Assembly (NCBI GenBank): GCA_964187785.1
Contig: OZ076415.1
Coordinates: 13,392,001-13,456,000, forward strand
Length of the DNA: 64,000 bases
Source of the DNA: Amphiscolops sp. MND2022
Taxonomy: Eukaryota
Reading direction: 5' to 3'
In this document: piece by piece, positions 12,732-25,089 of the stretch
Layout of the letters: each line of letters starts with the position of its first letter
How positions within the stretch are numbered: the first letter of the stretch is position 1
The notes under the pieces: model-generated
The model's database searches: none
Seen by the model: only the letters and a program-made list of their open reading frames with translations
What the model was told of the DNA's origin: nothing
Program-made: the position numbers and the translations under genes

Positions 12732-13230
12732 TGTTTCGGGTGGTTCTCAAGCTACAACGGGGGAGCTGAAGAAGGAGTTCGAATTAGAAGATAAGAGGGG
12801 ACTCAAAGATAGAGTTCAAGCTATTAGATTTGGGTCTTGTCCCCAAGGCGAGAGGTCTGTGTTTGATAACATTTATTGGCGGTATGAAAATGCAATAAGG
12901 ATGCAAAGAAATGAGAAATTCATGACTTCATGACTACTGAGGTCATCAAGAGGTTATTGGCTGTCAAATGGGGAATTTACAGCCAAAGGTCAACGAAAAG
13001 GACTATCCGGGTTGTTTACATATATGTTTTTGTATGTATACATGAATGAGCAACAATAGACAAATTATTTATATGTGAAAAGAACAAATTGATTAAGTGT
13101 CAGATAATATGATTGATCAATAATACAATTCAGCGATAAGTAATAAAAAAGCACTTTCACAGATTCAAACTTCGCAGACCGGTTCGAAGGCAAAGGCCGA
13201 TCCCCTATCGAAAGTGGACTTATAATTAAT
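12732..13230 (-). repeat. 5' LTR of the Bel/Pao element (truncated, diverged)
   Basis: TGTTTCGGG boundary next to the PBS; homology to 6626-7146 ends near 13230. Confidence 0.75.
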
Positions 13231-16200
13231 GTGCGATGGTTGTGATGTCTTACCTTGAGTAGCAATTTTGGTAATAAACAAGTAAGAGCAAAGTTGAAGG
13301 ATTCATCGTCGGAGACGTAAGATTATTGAAATTTAAATTTGTTTGGAAATTATTGAGTTTCTGGTGATAAGTGAACGAGGAAATGGTTTATCAGTCTTGA
13401 GTTTGTTTATGGTTGATTTCTATGCTGTTGTTCCTCAATGAAGATCGACGGAACGGATGTTCAGAGACATCTCGATGAAAAGTAAATAAGATTCAATGAA
13501 GGAGAGAAAACTTATCAATGACTATTTTGTGTTAAAAATTGATTGCATGAACTTCGATACCACCGATGTATTGTTCGGAGGTCTAATATTGATGGCATGA
13601 ACTTCGATGGAAATGACGATGTGTCCTGGTGACAGAATTGCAGATGGGTGATTTCAACTTTGTGTTTCAACAGAATAACTAATTATGTTCAGGTTTGAGG
13701 TTTGATTTTTTGATATTCTTGGGGAATTTAAAAAGAGAATTGAAGCGTGTGGTAAAGTATGGAGGAGTAGTTGATGAACCTAATACTTCGCTTTCTGAGG
13801 CGTGAAAGGTTGAAGGTGAAAAACGTTGAATAGGGAAATGGGAACTTTGTGATGCGTTTGGTTTAAACATTTTTCAACAACTTTTTCGGTGAAGATATAA
13901 AAAAAGGTAAAATCTTTCTCTTTGTGAGTAATAATCGTGCGTGATTAAACAACAGATTTGTCATGTTTGATGGATTAGTGAGGTATTTTTCTTATCTAAG
14001 GTTTTAACGTGTCTTTCAGAGAAAAGAGTTCCAAAATATCATTATTTTATGTTTGCTAGGGCAAAAGGAATAATTGAAGTTCCTGTGCTTCCATGGATAG
14101 AGGTGTGTAAGGTGTGAGTTAAGAAAAAACAATTTCGGTATTTAGGTTTCGTTTGCAACCGTTAGATGTTTTATAATCGTTATTGGACCGTGGGAATTGG
14201 GGTAAAATGAGGAAATGATATACTAATACTGTGATATTGGATAAGTTTAAAACAGAGATACCCAAACGTAATACCTTCGGAAGGAACCAGATTTGCAAGG
14301 GAAAGAAAAAGAAAAGAGCGCTCAAAAGAACTTACAATTTGTTCAACTTGGCATTTATCTTTTTACTTTTTTTACTATTCTTTTACTTTTTTGGGAACGA
14401 CCACGAGTGACAATTTCCTAACATATAAGATCGAAGGATAAGCTAAATACCACCCTCGTTTATCAAGAATTTTTACTTTTAAACCCTATTGTCGTACATT
14501 GTTTTTTTCCCAATTTATTGAGAGGGCTTGAAGTTGAGCTTAGTTTGCATGTTTTTGAGAGTAGACTTAATTATTAGGGATTTGGAGAATGAAGACCAAC
14601 CTCTTTAGTTGACTTGTGACTAACGGTCATACGTTTTCGAGACAGTACCTTTGAGAGAACAGTATAGGAGAGACATACGTCTTGGATGCCGTTTTAGAAA
14701 AGATTGAATATTGCGCTTGTGTTTCTAGTTGAAATGTTTTTGTAGCACTAGTGTGAGCAGGTATACGTATAGTTGAAGCTATCAAAACGATTAATAGGAT
14801 TAGAAAATGCAGCAATTGGAATTGAAGGAGTCTTTGGTAATAAAGGTTGAGGTGGGTGTATAGGCTTTTGTGAGAAGGATTTACCGAAAGGAAAGGCGGA
14901 AGTGGATAAATTTATGGAAAACTTGGAGGGTGTGGTTGTGGATAGATTTGAAAATTAAATTTAAGAAATGCATCAGTGTCATTGCAGTTTGCAAGAATTG
15001 GGTTATGAATCGTGGGTGGATGATAGGAGTTAGGAGGAATAGATTGTGTTGGAGACGAAAACAGTTTTTCTGTCAATTAATGGTGGTTCAGGTAGGAGGA
15101 CCTCATGAGAAAAATGAGAGTGAAAGTTGAACAAGCACCTTTGTAATCGGTAACCAAAATAACTTTGTAGTTGTGTCTAAAACCTTCTTCAGGGGAAACT
15201 GAGTAAAATTGTCTTCTTTCTTTAGTTTATATATTTAATGCGAGATTTTGATAGAACTGACATTGAATGTGGTGAATCTAGGAGTATATCAGTTTGAAGT
15301 CAGTGATGAGGATCGTCTTCAACAGTACGAAGTTGTTCAATGCTAGCGAGCTCAAAGGAAGTTCCTTCTTGGAGTGATGCTCAATTAGCAGAAGGGGTAG
15401 AAATCATATGTGTTTGTGTAAGAATCATTCCTCTCGGAAGGGTGGTTGAAAAAAGCGATTAAACCTTTAGCACTAGGTAGGCACTGAAAAAGTAAACGTT
15501 TGTGATTGCAGATGTATCAATAGGAGAATTGGTAGGTACCGAAAAAGGAAGTTTATCTTGTGTCCCAAGTGAAGAGTAAGTATCTTTGAAGTATATGTAG
15601 GAGTCACAGTGTTCACGTATCAAATGAGCAGTGTAAATATCTTCGGGGTTTCAAAAGGAAGGGGAACAGAGGAGATCTATATAAAGCATGTGAAAACCTG
15701 GGAAGAGTTTGTCTAGTGCCCCTTGAAAGACGATCGGTGTTATCAACAGTAAAATGGAGGGGAATTGAAAGAGGATGAAAGGTTTTCATTATGCTTGGGG
15801 ATGGAGCTAGAACATAAAACAGATAAAAGCGATCTAATATGGCATCAGAGTAAATTTTGATTCGATAGGAAGGGGAAAAAGAAACCGATGGATTTGTCTG
15901 AAGAGGTCTTTATCAAGAGAAGTGGCGTATGTGTTGAAATGTGATCTGGAGGTTATAATTATAGAGGAAATGTGCAAAAATTGCAAGGAAGCTATGAGAG
16001 GGCAAGGGTTTGACAAGAAAAGAAGCATGAAATGAAGTTGGTGAGTAATAAAAAGGAATGTTTAATAGTTTCCGACGGCGAGATTTTGAAATTGAGTGTG
16101 AGAAATATTTCTTTTAGGGTTTTGATTTAAAACAGAAGGAGGTTTGTAAATGGAAGCTTCAGAAAATTTGAGATGCGTTTCTGCAGCATATGTAATGTTC

Positions 16201-16616
16201 AAGGAGAAGTTTTAGATAGAGTTATAGTTACTTCAGGAGTGGCAGAAAGAAAATGGCGAAACCGGACACAGAATTCATAATTTGAAACAAAGAAACGTAG
16301 TAAAAAGTGGAAATGAGAATGGGGGAGTCAGTGACTTTCAGAAGCAGCAAATTTTTCATTGAGAAGCATCAAAAGAACTATCATTGGAAAAATACATGTT
16401 ACCGAAAGAAGGATGGTGATAATGTTTTTGATTGAATTATTGGAAAAAGGTGGACTTTGATCAGATCTCAAATTAAGCATCATTTTGCCGACAGCGGGAG
16501 CAACGAGTGAAAGAAGGCCAAAGCACTATGAAAAGATCATGAAAAACCAAAACAATCATGCAGGGAAGGCAATGGAGTCGATGCGGAGATTTGCTACGAA
16601 ATGAATTGAATACTAT

Positions 16617-16880
16617 TGTACCGACAAAAATGTTGACTTGAAAATTTTTGGTTGGTGCAGAAAATGATTATACCAATTAAAATTCCCAATGAAACAAATT
16701 GGTTAGTACAGAAGGACATATACTGACACAGTGTTGAACCACTTTTATGGGTCTTACAGAAGAAATGAGATGACGTACCGACTACGAGGTCGAATCACTT
16801 GTGTGATTAGTATTAATTAGTACAGAAGAAGAAATGTATACCAGTAGGAAATATCGAACAGGTTTTGGTTAGTACAGAAG
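16617..16880 (-). repeat. Tandem array (about 5 units) of TTCTGTACTAA-headed structured repeats, second copy
   Basis: Plus strand shows repeated TTAGTACAGAAG; one unit reads AATCAC-acaa-GTGATT-CGAC-ctcgta-GTCG-GTAC on the minus strand. Confidence 0.8.
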
Positions 16881-16914
16881 GTATTGGAAAATGAACGGGA
16901 GCGAAAAGATGGAT

Positions 16915-16925
16915 CGGTCGCACCA
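16915..16925 (-). promoter_or_regulatory. PBS-like site TGGTGCGACCG upstream of the leader array
   Basis: TGG start, about 40 bp upstream of the array; decayed counterpart TGATGCGATC near 43944 in the plus-strand copy; cognate tRNA not identified. Confidence 0.45.
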
Positions 16926-17249
16926 ATTTCAGAGCAAGTGTGTGTATGTCTAGACGACAAGAACGGTTGCGGTTTCACTATACACCCATACAGTTGTTCT
17001 GTTCGCGTCTCAACTTTAAACTGAACTCCATTAAAATACTCTTAACTCCTTCACAAGTTGGTGTAAAACGTCTTCAAACCTTTTTTTCTCATTTGTTGCT
17101 ACTCAACAATCATTTATTAAAACCGTCGGATGATGAACCTATCTAATGATAAACTTATGAAAAGTATCTCTCCCGCCATCATCCCAGCCGTCTTGCTTGC
17201 ACTTGCACTGAACCTTATTGTGGCTTAATTTGTATTCATTGCCTACCTT

Positions 17250-20127
17250 CATGTCGTAACCAATTTCATCATCACTCCCACAAGAATCTGCTGAATTTTC
17301 TCTTTGATGATTTTTTTGGTTACTACTCATCGTTACTAACCTAAGGAAGTCTTTCTTAGCATCCTGGGTAGCTTTTCCAGCAATTTGTTGCTGAGATCCA
17401 ACTGACCTAAGGTCCCTTTGGGGACGTACTTGACCAAAAGTACTCGGATGAGGTCCATCTGACCGAAGGTCCGTATTTGTAGTTTTTGTTGAATTTTGAC
17501 TTTCCAATGCACTCCTGATGCTGGGAATCACTTTCTCTTCAATTGCAGAGTCAATTGCATTCAGAATATGCGAATTAAGATCTGATCTCATTTCATCTAA
17601 TTTTCTAGACATTTGTGAAGAAATTTCTGAATTTATTGCTCTACTCGTTTCAACTGTAATTTCACTATTCTCACTCACATTAGTATTCAATATTGACCTG
17701 AAGTTTCCACTAATTGAATTAGTTTCTCTCTGAGGTCTCCTTGACTCTAAGTCAAAATCAGTGTTACCAATATCTTCATCTCTAACTTGATCATCTTCCT
17801 GGTAATTTCCCAACATTACATCTAGATTTTCAATGTCTGACATTACGTTTGATTGTCTTGAGCGCTTTTCTCTGGCTTTCTGCTTTCTTGTTGAGGGCAT
17901 TTTAATAAGAGATTTGCGTTTTAAGAGTAAATTGAACAGTTCGTCTAACTTTCACAGTGCGTATGTGTATCGTTGCAACAGTATTGAATTGCAATTACAA
18001 AATCAGACCCATCGTTTATATACTTTTATCACCATGACACTCAGTATTTCGAACGTCATAGAGTAAAAATATGAATGATGTCATCATTAAAAATAGCAAC
18101 AACCTAATTATGACATAATATTGGCTATAAATAGAAACTAGGGTGAACTGATACATTACGTCACTTGTCCTCTAATATTCTAATATATAAATGGAAGCAA
18201 CAACAAAACAGATATTAATGGATACATGCAAACTGTAGTATTTCATGCTTCTGAGAGTATTATACGGCTTTCAATAACAAACTGGACCTAACGTCCGCGT
18301 GACTTCAGCACTATACTATTGGCGCAATTTGATTGGTTAAAAGTATTTTGGAACTTGGAGTCAAGTTGACGGCAGTGCTGTACAAGTTGAACGCGTTTCC
18401 TTTACCTTTACCAGTTCGTTGCTTTATTCAACTGATTTCTAATTTACATTTCTAAACTGCAACAAGCAATTAATTGCATATTTGTATGTACGGATTGGTT
18501 CACAATAGACAAAATAGTTCATCAACGTTTTTACATATCAGTATACAAATAAATAATAAAAGTAAATGATTGCGGTCAAACTGACCCTAGGTCAGATTGT
18601 TTAGGAAAATTGCATGATTTATCAAAATAAGCGCCATAATAACGTGAAAAAGTGTTTGTTTAGTAAGATAGCAATACTCACTAATATGTTATGTAAGTTT
18701 TGGGAGTTTCATTAGATTGGTAGGACTCCTGGTCCTGGAATAGTAATGTCGTCTTCCGGGGTGACTTGATAAAGTAGACCATCGCAGGCGGTAGCCTGCG
18801 ACACTCCCCGGGGTACAAGAATGAATGAACCTGCATTCATTCCTGCATCAAATGCGCAGCGCTTTGCCATTCTCGTCTCATATGTTTCTCCTTGGATATG
18901 TGTGCTCTCTAAATATCCCAGCGTAATTTCCTCCTTGATTGCTGGGTAACTCTTGCCGCACACAATGCATCCTGTATGATAGACGTCATTTGGCTGACCG
19001 CAGGTCCCGCTCACGCTTATACCAAGTCCTGTTATATGGGGATTGTTAGTCCAACTTTCCAGAGTAAGTGACTGATGGTCATCAGGGCGTGAGTCAAATG
19101 TAGGTTGCTGGTCAATTAACTGCGGCGAAAGGGGGGAGTCCAACACCGGGTCAATCTGGCTACAGTGTGCAATCGGGTGATTGCTAATTGATTGTCCAGA
19201 ATAAGAGGGTGGTGGATTACCAATGAACCAGTCCACTAGGGAATTTGACGGTTCAGAAAAGGTACTTGCGGATTCAGCTATTTCACTGCTTGGTAAGTTA
19301 AGATCGTTGAGACATTCGGTGATTTCCGTGGTCATCGCACGGCCTGCTACTAATTGTTGGGGAAATTCAGGGCTGATGCGATAGCAAGCTAAGACTTGGA
19401 TATCGTCATCGTCGCTGACGGAATCTTGCACATCATGAGTGGAGGTTATGGAATCAACATCCATATCTTCCTCTGACGATTGGTAGCTCAAGTCTACCAG
19501 TGACCTTGGGTAGGGATCGCAGTTGAATTGTAACGCTATGTACCGTTGGAGAAGTATCTTTTTCGCAATTTTGCTTTCGAAAATTTTAAGCGACTGGTTT
19601 TCAAGATGATAATAAGGTAAGTAAATTTTTGCGGTCTATCTGACCTTAGGTCCAACCCCGATTCTAGCGGGAAACAAGCGCGGGGTTTTACTCGGACCAT
19701 CGGTTAGCTTTTCCTTTTTAGGTTTTATTCTTATCTAGTTCCGCAGAAGATTTTCAACGAATTTATCGGCTCGGGTTGATAATTGCCTCTTAATATTGTT
19801 TTATTTAGTTCTTCAAAGGCGTCACTTGACGTTATGAGTGTGATAGTTGTTAATACTCTGTCAACAAATTTCTTCAAAGACCGTCGGTCAGTTCGGCGGC
19901 ACCAACTCAAATAGCCAATCCCAGTGCGTGATGATAATAATAGCATAGAATGGCTGCTGAAGCTGACGAATTTGAAATAAGGAAGCTAATAGTGAAAGAA
20001 TAATCGCATAAAAGATGGAAAAAGAAAAAATGAAATTGATCCGGGTACTTCACTGGCAGGTTCCGCAACAAGGAAAATTTCATCTGGTATATATAGATAT
20101 GATTGTTATAGAAGGTAATCTTTAGCA
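17250..20127 (-). mobile_element. Copy A of the large Gypsy element: leader, extra ORF, 800-bp spacer, truncated gag
   Basis: gag MPSTRKQKAREKRSRQ.. nearly identical to 31044-32273, truncated at GYDM (17250); spacer 17900-18710 matches 32220-33030. Confidence 0.9.
18712..19491 (-). CDS. Extra ORF upstream of gag (259 aa; acidic, Ser/Pro-rich N-terminus, CxxC-containing C-terminus), function unknown
   Basis: Open 259-codon frame; repeated nearly intact at 36743-37462 and as a C-terminal stub at 33029-33099 and 37799-37876. Confidence 0.7.
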   Translation of the reverse strand: MSYQSSEEDMDVDSITSTHDVQDSVSDDDDIQVLACYRISPEFPQQLVAGRAMTTEITECLNDLNLPSSEIAESASTFSEPSNSLVDWFIGNPPPSYSGQSISNHPIAHCSQIDPVLDSPLSPQLIDQQPTFDSRPDDHQSLTLESWTNNPHITGLGISVSGTCGQPNDVYHTGCIVCGKSYPAIKEEITLGYLESTHIQGETYETRMAKRCAFDAGMNAGSFILVPRGVSQATACDGLLYQVTPEDDITIPGPGVLPI

Positions 20128-20503
20128 TGTAGCCACGACGTCCAAAATTAATAAATAATAATTACAAAGTAGTTAGTAAGTAATCTGTCTTGCTTTAGTT
20201 TAATCAGAGTAAAGCGGAAAAAGAAGTTCAAGTACATTGTGCGAAATATGAGAAGTAAAGTAGTGTAGACTATGTGACCAATGGTCTATATAGCTACATA
20301 AAGTATTAGTCATGTCTATAGTGGACCAATTATAGTCTCGTCAAATTGACTTACGGTCAACTTCTTTCTAATTCTGATATTTGAATCTGAGTATTGCAAA
20401 TTCTTTACATCCCAATTGATTACTGTGAGACTAGTAGCTGTCTACGTTAGTCAGAAAGTGCCTTTCCAATCATAATATCGTCCCAGCTAACAGTATCCCT
20501 ACG
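20128..20503. repeat. LTR-like segment (TGTAG...CTAC) between copy A and the hAT-like gene
   Basis: Inverted termini TGTAG/CTACG, AT-rich interior; TGTAGC recurs at 25220 after GGGGG. No full-length partner in the window. Confidence 0.45.
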
Positions 20504-20595
20504 TAGCGGAGAGAAATCCCCATCAACGGAAACACCCCGAAACTCCAGTGAAACACCGGTAGACTACTAAACGAGGAAAATTCAGACCTTCCGTC

Positions 20596-23500
20596 ATGGA
20601 AGGGCCTTCAGGTTGGTTCTTTAAGTTGTTAAATTCAAACTTGATCAGGGCTTTCATTTAACTTTGCTACTTCCTCCATCGTGAACAACTCATTTCGAGC
20701 ATGAACATTCAAACTTGCTTCCGGAAGTCTTTGAAATTGCGGTAAGATGGACATATTTGCAGGAAGTGAACCGCGTCAATTCATTTCTTTTCATTTAGAT
20801 AATGAGCAAATTGGCCAACTAACTCGTCAAGTAGTATAATCTATGGAAATTAGCCAGGAGAATTCCGATGACACTGAATATCTTAGCACTACGTCTCAAC
20901 TTGCAAAGGACGACAATGAGATCAAGACCAATGCTGCTGAGCCGAAGACTCTCGAACTCGTTCCTGCTGATCCACCCAGTCCGGAAGTGCAAAAGGAACA
21001 GCCATTCATTGAATCCGAGTCTGTTGAAAAGACTACTGATGTAAAAATGACTATCCCTGACACTGAAGCTACTGTTAGTGGACCTTGTGTCACTTCTGCG
21101 CCAGCGCAAAATGAGTCGCCCGCAGCTCCAGGATACGCTATCAGCAGTAGCGGGTCTGACGAAAGTTGTGGGAGATATATTTCTCGAAAATTGGCAGCGC
21201 TAGAGACCAGCCTGAACGAATATGAGGTGCAAGCCACTTCGGTGGAAAAATCGAGCGAAAGTGGACAATTGACTTTGTTTCCCCAAGCTGGAAGATCCTC
21301 GTCTGAGCCCACGCAAAGTTCTGATAGCCCGAAAGTGATCTCTCCTAACCCGCCAACAAGATACCTTCAGTCCAGTCTGAAAGATGATAACAAGGATCCT
21401 GACAGGAAGAAAAACCGTGTAACCATCAATCCTGTGATTGAGGAGGCTGAAATTTCCTCTCTGGAACCTAGTATTGCATCCACCGTTCCTGAAGCGTCTG
21501 GTCAGCCTGACCTCAAGTCCCCTTCCCGACCAGTTTCTGCGGCAAACTTTGCAACCACAAACAACGATGCAGTAACTCCAGTTGAGAGTGACGCTGATTC
21601 CAAAGCTTAGGCACGGTCTACCCTAGCTGATGCTTTGACAGCGCCTCAACCGAGACTAGTAAGATTGCCAAGTGACGAAACCAGCGGAACTGATTCAGAG
21701 CCTGACCGTCCTGCAGCCAGTAAGTCAGCAACGTTATCTGCCACCAGCCGAGAGGTCATCCGCAAATACTTCTCTGAGTCGCAACCAAAAAGTCTTCCTC
21801 GGGGCCATCCAACTGTAGCATTCAATCCCGATCACATCGAGCACATTTTGAAGGTTGTGGCAGATGAAACTGCGCGTTCCTCGTTTGAAATGCTCAACAG
21901 CGTAGTAATGCGTGCCAGCAGGTTGAGCCTGGGAGAGAGAGCGGCGACCAGACGGGATGATCGGTGCAAGAGTCCCTTTCCGCGTTCTCCCTTGTCCGAT
22001 TCAGAAGGTGAAGGGACTTCATGTGGTTTTACGTCCGCAGGAGGCAGCTACACTAGTGGTCCAGATCTGAATGAGTCAGACTTTTGGGGGACTGAATACT
22101 CGCATGAAGTTGCTTCCAGTCAAGGTTCATCAATGCAAGCGATCACTCCTCCTCCTTTGGGTTGTGGTCAAGGCGACTTTGAATCCCCAATTCCAAATCA
22201 GTCATGTGCAAGTCCGGGCGCTCAGACCTTGGCTGAGTTAAAGCATGAGGCCCAACGAGACAGGTCCAAAAAGCACCCAAAGAAGTCCTCCAAAGCCAAA
22301 ACTAGAAGCTCGCACCGAGGCGTAGGAAGATCCTGCAAGATTATGCGTGAAGAATACTTCAAGGGTATGTCTTGGGCTCGCACCTTCGTTTCAGGACCTA
22401 TGGATCCCAAATGGAACCGCTACAAATTTTACTGCCAGATTTGTAAGGGCAACGTCTCGATCTATGGCAGAGGTCCAAAAGAAATTTTACGTCACCATGC
22501 TACCGAGCGTCATCTGCGCAAGGATCAACTTTGGCGCTATGAGCACCTTGGCGTCGTGGACCCTGTGACTCAAGTTGTCAACCATCATGTCCGGGGCAGA
22601 GACGGGAAGTTGCTTTCCCCTTTAGAACTGGAAGCTGAATTGCCAAAGTTCATTGACGTCGAGTTGGTAGATATAGGCGTGAAGTTACCCTTCTACGACG
22701 AGTTTATGGCGAGACATGACCATATGGCTTCTTCCTCTGAAAATCGCATCAGGGTTCAGATCTCCATCTTGGGTCACGATTTGCCGACTTTCGGGAACCT
22801 TGGAACGCTACGAGAACTTTGGAAGGACATTGGGGTGGTTGTTAACCACCAGTTACTGTTCACAGATTTCAACTGGGGCAAAGAGCGTTTGTCTGTAAGT
22901 AATAATTTTGCGTGCATTTGTCCTAAGGTCAACCTAGGTTTTGTGATGTCATCAACCCCTAATTAGTAATCTAAGTGGACCCAGTGCAAGCATTGACTTC
23001 CTTTTTGATTAAGCGTGTACTTTGTTGTTCTGCAGGTGCTATTTCATCACATCTTCGTCCAATTGCTAGAAGATTTGGCCAATCACGTGCTGAGCAGCGG
23101 GTTCTACGCACTCGAGTTTGAACAGAAGGGGCCCATGCTCTTTCTCCATCTTTGGTTTTGGCATGAGGGTCAATTGTGTCGAGTATTGATCCGAAGAACT
23201 GGACGCACAGTCGGGCAGACCTCAGCAGAGTTGTGCCTTTTGTCTTACCTCTTGGCAGCAATTTCTCCTCGCGCTAGTCCTGTGTGTTGTAGTGGCTGTA
23301 CCCAATCTTTAGTCCAGTTACTAGATGAGTGTCCCCTTTTCTCACTGGCCGTCCAGAGCAGGAAGCGCTTTGAGGAAATTTGGAGAAGGTCATGCATAAG
23401 AAGAGCTACAGCGTTTTCGGGAGAATAAACTTCTATGCTGTGATCAAGTTCATTGTCGTTTGCCTCGGAGGAAGTCTTGACCTAGAGTGGATTCTCGTTA

Positions 23501-25089
23501 CCCCTGAATTGGCTAGGGTTAGCATCACAGCTTTCTTTGTTTTATATAACTCTTTTCCGTCAGTCTCAAATTGGTCTCTGGTTTAGGCCATTCGTGATTG
23601 TCGACTTGATGTTGCGAAGCTTCACATTCTATGCCGTGAGTTGTTGAACAACTGTAGCTCTGTTTCCGAATTCCTAACCGCTCACTCTCTGTACTATCCT
23701 ATGATGGGAGTGTCCAAGCAGGTAAATTGGTGTGGTCATTTTGACTTAAGGTCCTTAATTGAATAACCTGCTGATTATGGTCTTATTCTATTCTAGCCTC
23801 AGAATTTGGAATGGTCCATATTGTGTGACGATTTATTCACCTGTAAACTGGAGTTGTTCCAAAAGCTCGCGCGTGATTGTTAGTCAAGTTTTCTCCTGCT
23901 TGGGAATTGCACCTTAACCAATATGTTTGAATATTTGTGATGTTTAGATGCAACGAGTTTTCCCATCAGCTTATCAGGCCGCAGAGACCGAGGGTTCTTT
24001 ACTTTCCGCCAACTTTGCCAGTATCTCCTCACACTTGCCCGCAGATGTGCTAGCCCCAAAGGCATCCCTCCTGAGGACCAATGGTCAGAGATCTTGGAAC
24101 TGGACCTAAAGCGAGTCGCTGCACTTAGTATTTCTGAGTTTATAACTCGGATCAAGCTGGGCACAAAACTTGACAGCGCATTTAAGGCCAAAGCTGAGCG
24201 TGACGAAAAGGACAAGCAAACTGAAGGCTTGCCTCTAGATGCCCTGTCTGGCAAGCATAAAGAAGAATTTGGGCGAGCTGCACGGAGTTATGTCACACAT
24301 CTCTTCAACTCAATGCAGCACCAAACTAGTTTGACCACTGATCTGGTGAGAGGACTGGGTTCGTTTGACCTTGAAACTCTGTTGACTGGGTCCATAGAAC
24401 ATGCCATGTACTGCCACAGGCAGTTGTTTACGAGTTTCCGACTCAGGGGCTATTTCTCCCTTGATCAAGAGTGTCCCTGCTCTAAAGAGTATCGTTCCTT
24501 CGTTGACGTGATGCGTCAGACTTTTCCTGATCTGATACAGCCTACCCTGTTCGTGAAGGACACTGTCGATTTTTTAGTAGCTCAGGTATCATTGACCAGT
24601 CGTCCCTTGTTGTACAAGCTGTTTCGCCTTGCCTGCCTTTGCTTGGATGAACCCTTTGAGAGCTTGCCAGTTGTTACTTTCGGCTCAGTTAATACTGAAG
24701 ATCCGACCTGCAGTCAAGTTGACGTGATACTGCCAGTGCAATCATATTTCCGCAATGTTCCTCGAGGAGTGGAAACCGTTACTTCCGAGCAGTCTATTTT
24801 CAAATTCCTTCTGCTAGAGCCAGATTTTGGGACACAGGGGTTAAGTGACGTGTATTGTCTTTGGTTGAGCGTCGACTATTTTGGACGTACTAAACTTTTG
24901 GAGCAATTGGACCCTAAAGGTTCATTTCAACCCGCGCCACCAGTGGATCTTGAGTCTGACTCAACCAGTGGCAGTAAGGCCAAGAAGAAGAAGTATGGGG
25001 CACTAATGAAGAAAACCACACAGTTGCTGAGTGAAACTGAGTTGACCCGTTCTGCAGAAGATCTAGTTGCTGGATGTAGTAAATTCTAA
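20596..25089 (+). pseudogene. Spliced hAT-transposase-like gene with a BED/TTF-type zinc finger, disabled by point mutations
   Basis: ORFs 20843-21610 and 21635-22966 share one frame across a single TAG; FYCQICK..EILRHHATERH finger; phase-0 GT-AG introns 22895-23035, 23497-23586, 23722-23796; one frameshift near 23380 and two in-frame stops near 23880-23940; C-terminal LYKLFRLACLCL. Start exon 20596-20611 is tentative. Confidence 0.7.

Larger units (their letters stand above)
6626..13230 (-). mobile_element. Decayed Bel/Pao LTR retrotransposon
   Basis: gag DUF1759-type KLPKLTLPSFSGEYTQWVSFWDQF; zinc knuckles; RT (YYLPH, RVTYGVVSSSYL, WVDD); RNase H VFSDSSEKAFGACVY; integrase CVTCFR, VGFDFAG, LRRFIARRG. 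Many frameshifts and stops. Confidence 0.92.
13231..16926 (-). mobile_element. Decayed AT-rich Gypsy-family derivative with no recognisable pol
   Basis: Leader array and ORF1 region homologous to 43950-46250 (e.g. minus-strand TTTTGAAACCCCGAAGATATTTACAC versus 45183 TTTTGAAACAAACCCTGAAGGTATATACAC); no RT or integrase motifs found. Confidence 0.6.
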
